Source: Longivirga aurantiaca
Lineage (GTDB): Bacteria > Actinomycetota > Actinomycetes > S36-B12 > CAIYMF01
Assembly: GCF_042660085.1 (NCBI RefSeq)
Contig: NZ_JBHSTI010000008.1
Span: forward strand, 570,001-602,000
Direction of reading: 5' to 3'
DNA: 32,000 nt
The translations under genes were made by a program, and so were the position numbers. Under the pieces are notes generated by a model. It was given only the letters and a program-made list of their open reading frames with translations, was not told the DNA's origin and did no database searches. Shown here in pieces: positions 16,339 to 22,536 of this stretch; the stretch's first letter is position 1, and the number at the start of each line of letters is the position of its first letter.

Positions 16339-16546
16339 CCTGGTTGGCCACCTTGACCTGGCCTATGGCGACCTGACATGGGCTTCCCCGACGAATCACG
16401 ACCCTCGACCCGGCTCGAAGTGCGGGCAGGTGGTGCCCAGACCGGCCTGACCTGCAGGAACACGTGGGTGCATGACGCCCAGACTCTGGGCACGCAAGGT
16501 CCCCCCGCTACTCCCAGGTGACGACCGAGGTACTGGTTTCCACTGA

Positions 16547-16584
16547 CAGAGGGTCCGCCCGGATTCGTCCGGGCGGACCCTCTG
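16547..16584. terminator. 17-bp perfect stem-loop with TTCG tetraloop (candidate bidirectional terminator)
   Basis: cagagggtccgcccgga (16547-16563), ttcg, tccgggcggaccctctg (16568-16584). Located between convergent gene sets. Confidence 0.7.
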
Positions 16585-16634
16585 CGTTGTGCGGACCGGA
16601 TCACGGCCACCGGGGTCGGTTCGGGGCATGCGAA

Positions 16635-16664
16635 GAGGCCCGCCACATGCGTGTGGTGGGCCTC
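16635..16664 (-). terminator. stem-loop downstream of the minus-strand ABC/methyltransferase/small-ORF unit
   Basis: gaggcccgccaca (16635-16647) pairs with tgtggtgggcctc (16652-16664): 13-bp stem with one G-T pair, 4-nt loop. On the minus strand it is followed by ttcg. Confidence 0.5.
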
Positions 16665-16749
16665 CGGTCGTTCGTGGGCAGGGCTTCGCCTGCTCCTTGC
16701 TGGTGCGTCGCCTTCGCCGTCGCGTTCGGGCTGCTGTCGAGGACGGCGC

Positions 16750-16935
16750 TCATGCGGCCGGCGCCCGCGCCGGCGGGCTCGCGGTCACTCGGCGGACTCG
16801 GCCCTTCGCGGGCAGCGGCATGCGGGAGCTGCAGGCCACGGCGGCGGCCGCGTCGAGCTTGCGGGTCCGGTCGCGGTTGGCCCGCCACGCCTGGACGGCG
16901 GCGAGGTTGAGGGCCGCGACGACGAACGAGACCAT
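16750..16935 (-). CDS. small hypothetical protein (61 aa) with one N-terminal hydrophobic helix
   Basis: MVSFVVAALNLAAVQAWRANRDRTRKL... Only 3 of 61 codons end in A or T, in a region with no other gene. gaagg lies 8 nt upstream of ATG 16935, with an in-frame GTG at 16944. In-frame stop upstream at 16993-16995, so it is not the tail of a larger gene. Confidence 0.35.
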   Translation of the reverse strand: MVSFVVAALNLAAVQAWRANRDRTRKLDAAAAVACSSRMPLPAKGRVRRVTASPPARAPAA

Positions 16936-17091
16936 GACGGACACCTTCGCCCGGGAATTTGCGGCTGCGCTGAGTGCTTCGCGGGGGAGGTCTCAAGGCA
17001 GGGGGGAGGAGCACGGGCCCGGCCGAACCGCACAGAACACCGCTCTGCACGTCGGTTTCGCGACTCAGGGACCCACGCCGGGGGCGATGGC

Positions 17092-17763
17092 TCAGGTCGG
17101 GGAACCCGGGGACGTCGACATATCGGGCGGTGCCACCGGATTGACGCCACGGACGAGCTGGAAGCCGCCATCGAGGACAGACACAGAGACGTCGGCGAAG
17201 CCGGCTGCCTCCACGAGCCGCTGTGCGTCAGCGTCGCTCCACTGCCACTGGCCCCAAGCGTCGGGGCTGCCCGACTCGGTGGCAGAGCCCCAGTAGGTCG
17301 GCTTGCTGTCGCCCAGGGTGAGCACGACGCGTCCGCCAGGGCGAAGCACGCGGCGCATCTCCCGCAGCGCTGCAGCCGGGTCGGGGATGAACTTCACGGT
17401 GTTGAGGGAGGTGACGACGCTGAAGCGGTGGTCTTCCCACGGCAGACGCAGGGCGTCGCCGCGGACGATCTGTGCCGACCCGTTCGCGATGCGGTCGGCC
17501 AAGCGTCGTCGTGCCATCGTGACCTGGATCTCGGACGCGTCCAGGCCCGCGACGTACTGCACGTGGCGGGCGTGCTCGGCGAGCAGCGTCGCTGAGCCGC
17601 AGCCCACGTCGAGCAGGTCGTCGTCGGGGCGGAGCCTGAGCTCGGCGGACATGGCCCGGTAGTACGGCCTCGCCAACGTGACCAGCAGTCGCGCACCCAC
17701 CCAGCCCAGCGGACCGCTCGGCTTGCCGAACAACGCCCGCAAGATCCACCTGCGCACGGCCAT
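17092..17763 (-). CDS. class I SAM-dependent methyltransferase
   Basis: ATG 17763 (track ORF 17092-18069 is over-extended into the permease gene). SAM motif I LLDVGCGSATL, post-I VAGLDAS, LPWEDHRFSVVTS, and LRPGGRVVL typical of the Methyltransf_11/25 type. Confidence 0.85.
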   Translation of the reverse strand: MAVRRWILRALFGKPSGPLGWVGARLLVTLARPYYRAMSAELRLRPDDDLLDVGCGSATLLAEHARHVQYVAGLDASEIQVTMARRRLADRIANGSAQIVRGDALRLPWEDHRFSVVTSLNTVKFIPDPAAALREMRRVLRPGGRVVLTLGDSKPTYWGSATESGSPDAWGQWQWSDADAQRLVEAAGFADVSVSVLDGGFQLVRGVNPVAPPDMSTSPGSPT

Positions 17764-17813
17764 CGTCAGCTTCGCCTCCGATCCGAGTCGAACGTGCCTC
17801 CTGCCTGCGTTGC

Positions 17814-19499
17814 TCAGCTTCCGACGAGGTCGCGGCGGTGGAAGGCCCACAGGCCGATGACAAGGAGGGCGATGCCGATCACGCTCATCACGATCCCGGC
17901 GGTGGCGGCCCAGGGCGCCATCGGAACCCAAGCGAGGTGGGTGAAGGGTGAGAGGTTGAGGACCCAGGCGGGCCAGTTCAGGGCAGGGCCGAGCAGGCTG
18001 AGGACGTACAGGACCGCCGTCAGCGTCACCGGGACCACGGTGGTCGCGCGGGGCAGCAGACCGAAGCACGCGACGGTCAGGCCGCCGATGAGCAGGACGA
18101 CGGGCAGGGTGTTGAGCACGGACTTCATCGCGTCCAGCAGGGTGATTCCGCTGGCGCCGGAGGCGACGACGCCGAGCCAGACACCGCCGCCGCTGACCGC
18201 GAGCAGGAGCAGGGCGCCAGCGAGGGCGAGCGCGGTGTGGCCGGCGAGCCAGCGCAGCCGGGAGACCGGGCGGGCCAGGATGGCCTCGGCGCGGCCCGAC
18301 TCCTCCTCGGCCCGGGCGGACCCGATCCGCCAGGCGACCTGCAGCCCGACAGCGACGCCGAACATCGAGCCGATCATGGCGAGGAACCCGAGGGTGGTCA
18401 GTGCGGCGTCGAGACCGAAGGATGCGAGCAGCTGCTGGTAGGACTGGTCACCGGCGAGCCACTCGATCATGGTGCCGATCAGGGCGCCCATCACGGTGGC
18501 GAACACGCCCAGACCGACGCTCCAGCCAAGGAGCACGGCACGGTTGCTGCGCCACGCGAACGCCGTCGGTCCGCCGAGGTAGCGCAGGTGCGCGACCCGT
18601 CCCGCCTCGCGGGACAGGAGTGCCCCACCGGCGTCCCGGCGGGCCCGGAGCAGCATCGCCGCCACCGCGAGCAGGATCGGCACGACGACGAGCGGGACGA
18701 GCGCGCGAAGGTCGGGGTCGCCGTAGGGCTCGAGCTGGTCGAGCCAGCCGAGCGGGGTGAACCAGCGGACCCACGAGCGGACGTCGGTGCTGTTGCCGAC
18801 CATCCGCAGCACGTAGGCGATCGCGAGGACGCCGGCAGCCAGCGCGGCTGCGCGGCGGCGGACGTCGACGAGTTGCGACGTGATCGCCGCCGTGGCGACG
18901 AACGTCGCGGTGACTCCGGCCAGGGCGAGTCCGAGCAGTACCGACCCGACGAGCCCGGTCCCGCTGAGGGCCATAGTGACGGCGATCACGGCACCGAACA
19001 GGACGGCCAGAGCGCCAAGGACGGACAGGACGACGGTGGTCGCGGTGGAGGCCCGGACCGGACCGGCGAGCAGCAGGTCTGTGCGCTCGAGGTCCTCCTC
19101 GCCGCGCAGCAGCCGGGTAGTGGTCAGGATGGCCCACAGCGCGAGGATCAGCTGGATGACCCAGCCGCCGTCCCACACCGCGAAGCCGCCCGGGGTGTCC
19201 AGGGCGACCGGGACGCCCTGCATCATGCGCACCGCCGGGTTGTCCTCGAACATCTGGAACTGCACCGGCGAGACGCCGTTCGGGTAGGCAGTGCGGTAGC
19301 TCACGACCTCCAACGCCATGTACGCGATGCCGGACGCGACCAGGACAAGGGCGGAACGGCGGGTCTGGCGGCCGGCGAGCCCGGCGATGGCGCGCCGTGG
19401 TCGGGCAGGCAGCGCGGCTGTCCGGGTCGTGCCGTGACGCGAGCCGGCGGACAGGTGCCGGTGCCCGGTATCGGTCTGGGCGTGCGCCGTGGCGGTCAT
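17814..19499 (-). CDS. ABC exporter permease, fused double ABC-2 type (putative antibiotic/polyketide exporter family)
   Basis: 561 aa with about 12 hydrophobic segments in two similar halves. The start ATG overlaps the ATPase stop (ATGA). Resembles the large permeases annotated as exporters of polyketide antibiotics. Confidence 0.85.
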   Translation of the reverse strand: MTATAHAQTDTGHRHLSAGSRHGTTRTAALPARPRRAIAGLAGRQTRRSALVLVASGIAYMALEVVSYRTAYPNGVSPVQFQMFEDNPAVRMMQGVPVALDTPGGFAVWDGGWVIQLILALWAILTTTRLLRGEEDLERTDLLLAGPVRASTATTVVLSVLGALAVLFGAVIAVTMALSGTGLVGSVLLGLALAGVTATFVATAAITSQLVDVRRRAAALAAGVLAIAYVLRMVGNSTDVRSWVRWFTPLGWLDQLEPYGDPDLRALVPLVVVPILLAVAAMLLRARRDAGGALLSREAGRVAHLRYLGGPTAFAWRSNRAVLLGWSVGLGVFATVMGALIGTMIEWLAGDQSYQQLLASFGLDAALTTLGFLAMIGSMFGVAVGLQVAWRIGSARAEEESGRAEAILARPVSRLRWLAGHTALALAGALLLLAVSGGGVWLGVVASGASGITLLDAMKSVLNTLPVVLLIGGLTVACFGLLPRATTVVPVTLTAVLYVLSLLGPALNWPAWVLNLSPFTHLAWVPMAPWAATAGIVMSVIGIALLVIGLWAFHRRDLVGS

Positions 19500-20449
19500 G
19501 GCTGGTCGCCTCCCACCGGCCGCGGCGCGGATGCTCCGTGCGCGGCGGCGACCGCGTCGCGCTGCGGGGCGCTGGTCTCGTAATAGGTGAGGAAGATCTG
19601 CTCCAGCGTCGGGGCATGGCTCTGCAGCCGGGTGATCCCAGCCGTACCGAGTCGAGTCAGCACATTCCCAGGCGCGCCGGTCACCGTGACCCGGACCCCG
19701 CCGTCCATCGGCTCGACGCCGAGGATGCCGTCGAGGTCATCGAGTCGCGGCACAGGTCCGTCCAGGGATGCCTCGAGCACGGTGGCGGTCAGCCGGCGGA
19801 GCTCGGCAAGCGCTGCGACCTCCACCAGCACCCCATCGCGCAGGATGGCCACCCGCCCGCAGACGTCTTCCACTTCGTCGAGCAGGTGCGAGGACAGGAA
19901 CACCGTCTGCCCGGCGGCGGCTGCCTCGCGCGCGAGTGCCTGGAACTCCGCCTCCATCAACGGGTCGAGCCCGACGGTCGGCTCGTCGAGCAGCAGGATG
20001 TCCGGGCGGGTCATGAAGGCTGCGACGAGCGCGATCTTCTGCCGGTTGCCCTTCGAGTACGACCGGGCGCGCCGGCTCGGGTCGACGTCCAGGCGCTCGA
20101 TCAGCTCGTCGCGCAGGCGGCTGTCGACGTTGCCCGACAGGTTCCCGAGCAGGGCGAGGATCTCGGCGCCGGTCAGGTTCGGCCACAGCGACACGTCGCC
20201 CGGCACATAGCCGACAGAGGCGTGCGCGCGTTCGACGTCGGACACCGAGATGCCCGACAGCCACGCCTCGCCGCGGGTGGGCCGGAGCAGGCCGAGCAGG
20301 AGCTTGATGGTCGTTGACTTGCCGGCCCCGTTGGGGCCGAGGAAGCCGAAGATCTCACCCGGAGAGACCTCCAGGTCCAGCCCGTCGAGGGCAATGACCT
20401 TGCCGAAGTGCTTGGTGAGTCCGACCGTGCGGATCGCTGCGGTTGCCAT
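19496..20449 (-). CDS. ABC transporter ATP-binding protein
   Basis: ATG 20449 preceded by ggagg. Walker A GPNGAGKST, signature YSKGNRQK, Walker B LLLDEPTVGLD, H-loop SSHLL. Track ORF 19496-20839 is over-extended. Confidence 0.92.
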   Translation of the reverse strand: MATAAIRTVGLTKHFGKVIALDGLDLEVSPGEIFGFLGPNGAGKSTTIKLLLGLLRPTRGEAWLSGISVSDVERAHASVGYVPGDVSLWPNLTGAEILALLGNLSGNVDSRLRDELIERLDVDPSRRARSYSKGNRQKIALVAAFMTRPDILLLDEPTVGLDPLMEAEFQALAREAAAAGQTVFLSSHLLDEVEDVCGRVAILRDGVLVEVAALAELRRLTATVLEASLDGPVPRLDDLDGILGVEPMDGGVRVTVTGAPGNVLTRLGTAGITRLQSHAPTLEQIFLTYYETSAPQRDAVAAAHGASAPRPVGGDQP

Positions 20450-20530
20450 GATGCGCCTCCCGGGCGCGTGGCACGACGGGACCATCGACCCCGCGCTCGC
20501 ACCTCCAGGGTAGACAGCATGCGGTGCTGA

Positions 20531-20746
20531 GTCCGCACGAGCCGTCACGCGGCCGCACCCGACAGTGCGGCCGCGTCGCTGCACCACCCGGCCAGGGTCG
20601 CCGCCATCGCCCCAGCCAGCGTGCCCGGGTTCGTCGTCGCCCAGGTGGCGGGCGCGGTGCTCGCCGTCCTCGCGACGGTCGTGCTCTGGCCGCGGCACTC
20701 CCCGGCCGGGGCGGTCGCCATCGACGTCCACGAGGAGACCCGCTGA
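20531..20746 (+). pseudogene. possible 3-prime remnant of a membrane-protein gene (no start codon)
   Basis: Frame open from the stop at 20528-20530 to TGA 20744-20746. Only 4 of 71 codons end in A or T. Encodes ...PASVPGFVVAQVAGAVLAVLATVVLWPRHSPAGAVAIDVHEETR, a C-terminal TM-helix-like segment. No ATG and no RBS; the only in-frame GTG is at 20621. Confidence 0.3.
20547..20576. other. 12-bp stem-loop carrying two GCGGCCGC motifs in the ABC/ars intergenic region
   Basis: acgcggccgcac (20547-20558) pairs with gtgcggccgcgt (20565-20576), 6-nt loop. Confidence 0.4.
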
Positions 20747-20854
20747 CCGCCTCAGCCGAGGTCCATGGCTGCCCGCACGACAGGCGAACGGCCGCCGCGA
20801 CCGAGGAGACTGAAGGGAACCCGTGAAGGCGCAGTACACGTGGAGGTGCCGGGC

Positions 20855-21991
20855 ATGACCGAGTCGAGGACGCCGGCCGTTGTTGCTCCCGACCCGGAGG
20901 GCCGCGTGGTCGCCCGCATGTCCCGGGTCGACCGGATGCTGCCGCTGTGGATCGCACTGGCGATGGCCGTGGGGCTGCTGCTGGGTCGGCTGATCCCGAC
21001 GCTGAACGAGGCGCTGGACACCGTCAAGATCGGTCAGACGTCGCTGCCGATCGCGCTGGGCCTGCTGCTGATGATGTATCCGGTCCTGGCCAAGGTCCGC
21101 TACGACGAGATCGGCCTGGTCACCGCCGACAAGCGGATGATCACGACCTCGCTGCTGCTCAACTGGGTGCTCGGCCCGCTGGTGATGTTCGCGCTCGCCT
21201 GGATCTTCCTGGCCGACTACCCCGCCTACCGAACCGGCGTCATCCTCGTCGGGCTCGCGCGGTGCATCGCGATGGTGCTGCTGTGGAACGACCTGGCCTG
21301 CGGCGACCGGGAGATGGCCGCCGTCCTGGTCGCGCTCAACGCAGTCTTCCAGGTGCTCACGTACGCCGCGCTCGGCTACTTCTACCTCGAGGTGCTGCCC
21401 GGCTGGCTCGGCCTGGACCAGGCCAGCCTGGACGTGTCGATATGGGGCATCGCGAAGATCGTGCTGATCTTCCTCGGCATCCCGCTCGCCGCCGGCTACC
21501 TCACCCGCTGGTGGGGTGAGCGCACCAAGGGCCGGGAGTGGTACGAGGACGTCTTCCTGCCCAGGATCGGCCCGGTCGCGCTGTACGGCCTTCTGTTCAC
21601 CGTCGTCGTGCTGTTCGCCCTGCAGGGCAACACGATCACCTCCGAACCGCTCACCGTGGCCCGCATCGCGCTGCCGCTGCTCGGCTACTTCTTCATCATG
21701 TGGTTCCTCGGCTTCGGGCTCGGCCGGTGGATGTCACTGACCTACGAGCGCACCACCACGATGGCGTTCACCGCGTCCAGCAACGACTTCGAGCTCGCCA
21801 TCGCCGTCGCGATCGGCGTGTTCGGCGTCACCTCCGGCCAGGCCCTCGCCGGCGTCGTCGGGCCCCTCATCGAGGTCCCCGTCCTGCTCGGCCTCGTCTA
21901 CGTCGCCCTGTGGTTGCGCCGCCGGCTGACCTGGCCACCACCCCGCACCGGCGCCCCCGACCGCACCCGCAGTTCAGCTGAGAGGAGCTGA
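20855..21991 (+). CDS. arsB: ACR3 family arsenite efflux transporter
   Basis: ATG 20855 after tggagg. LPLWIALAMAVGLLLGR, LGLLLMMYPVLAKVRYDE, VGLARCIAMVLLWNDLACGD, and FTASSNDFELAIAVAI are hallmark ACR3 segments, including the conserved Cys in RCIAMV and the Glu in FELAIA. 378 aa. Confidence 0.92.
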   Translation: MTESRTPAVVAPDPEGRVVARMSRVDRMLPLWIALAMAVGLLLGRLIPTLNEALDTVKIGQTSLPIALGLLLMMYPVLAKVRYDEIGLVTADKRMITTSLLLNWVLGPLVMFALAWIFLADYPAYRTGVILVGLARCIAMVLLWNDLACGDREMAAVLVALNAVFQVLTYAALGYFYLEVLPGWLGLDQASLDVSIWGIAKIVLIFLGIPLAAGYLTRWWGERTKGREWYEDVFLPRIGPVALYGLLFTVVVLFALQGNTITSEPLTVARIALPLLGYFFIMWFLGFGLGRWMSLTYERTTTMAFTASSNDFELAIAVAIGVFGVTSGQALAGVVGPLIEVPVLLGLVYVALWLRRRLTWPPPRTGAPDRTRSSAERS

Positions 21992-22065
21992 TCGCGATGA
22001 CCAGCACCGGGACCACGCCTGCTGCCCCACCGTCGTCGTCCCCGGCACCATCCCCCAGTAGATCC

Positions 22066-22091
22066 CGACCCGGACCGGTGACGGTCCGGGT
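22066..22091 (+). other. intercistronic stem-loop between acr3 and arsD
   Basis: gacccggacc (22066-22075) pairs with ggtccgggtc (22082-22091): 10-bp perfect stem, 6-nt loop, within a 132-bp gap. Confidence 0.45.
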
Positions 22092-22123
22092 CCATCGACC
22101 CGCCACGAACGAGAGGTCACCAC

Positions 22124-22531
22124 ATGCCCGCCATCCGCGTCTTCGAGCCCGCCCTGTGCTGCAACACCGGCGTCTGCGGCCCTGAGTTGGACCAGGCCCT
22201 GGTCGACTTCACCGCCGACCTGTCCCACCTCCAGGCCCGCGGCGTCGACATCGCACGGCACAACCTGGCCAACGACCCGACGGCGTTCGCGACCAACGAC
22301 ACGGTGCGCTCGTTCCTTCAGGTCGCGGGGTCCGAGGGCCTGCCGCTGACCCTCGTCGACGGCGTCACCGTCGCGACCGGCAGCTATCCGAGCCGAGACC
22401 AGCTGCTCAAGTTCGCCGGCGTCACCGCAGCCCAGCCGGTCGTGCCGGCCGGTGCAACCGCGTTGGGCGTGCTCCACGCGCCGACCGCCACCGACGCCGG
22501 GTGCGGCTGCGGGCCGGAAGGCTGCAGCTGA
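22124..22531 (+). CDS. arsD: arsenical resistance metallochaperone / trans-acting repressor ArsD
   Basis: MPAIRVFEPALCCNTGVCGPELDQALVDFTADL parallels R773 ArsD (MKTLMVFDPAMCCSTGVCG...DQALVDF), with the Cys12-Cys13-Cys18 triad. Cys-containing C-terminus (CGCGPEGCS). Confidence 0.92.
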   Translation: MPAIRVFEPALCCNTGVCGPELDQALVDFTADLSHLQARGVDIARHNLANDPTAFATNDTVRSFLQVAGSEGLPLTLVDGVTVATGSYPSRDQLLKFAGVTAAQPVVPAGATALGVLHAPTATDAGCGCGPEGCS

Positions 22532-22536
22532 TCGTG

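Noticed and set aside
16501-16511. 11-nt match (cccccgctact) to the end of the tRNA-fMet gene plus flank, followed 35 nt later by a strong hairpin. It could be a distal att site bracketing the whole 4.2-16.3 kb catabolic region
   Set aside because: Only 11 nt match. With about 70% GC, my rough expectation is on the order of 0.05 chance hits in a window this size, which is not negligible. The upstream T-loop/T-stem bases do not match, and no integrase is present. Kept as a note only; a genome comparison would settle it.
16486-16516. C-rich loop (ctggg...tcccccc...cccag) considered as a 6C-type actinobacterial small RNA
   Set aside because: Only one short 5-bp stem with a C-run. The second C-loop hairpin characteristic of 6C RNA is absent, and the surrounding sequence does not fit the motif as I remember it.
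17092-17763. Methyltransferase near the ars operon considered as ArsM (arsenite methyltransferase)
   Set aside because: It lacks the conserved cysteine pairs of ArsM and is much shorter. It belongs to the oppositely oriented ABC-exporter unit and is separated from the ars genes by 2.7 kb.
20524-20826. Plus-strand ORFs 20524-20826 and 20565-20813 upstream of acr3, considered as a possible ArsR
   Set aside because: The translations are Arg/Pro/Gly-rich, with no winged-helix or ELCVCD-type metal-binding motif. They are alternative frames of the start-less remnant, which has the genuine codon bias.
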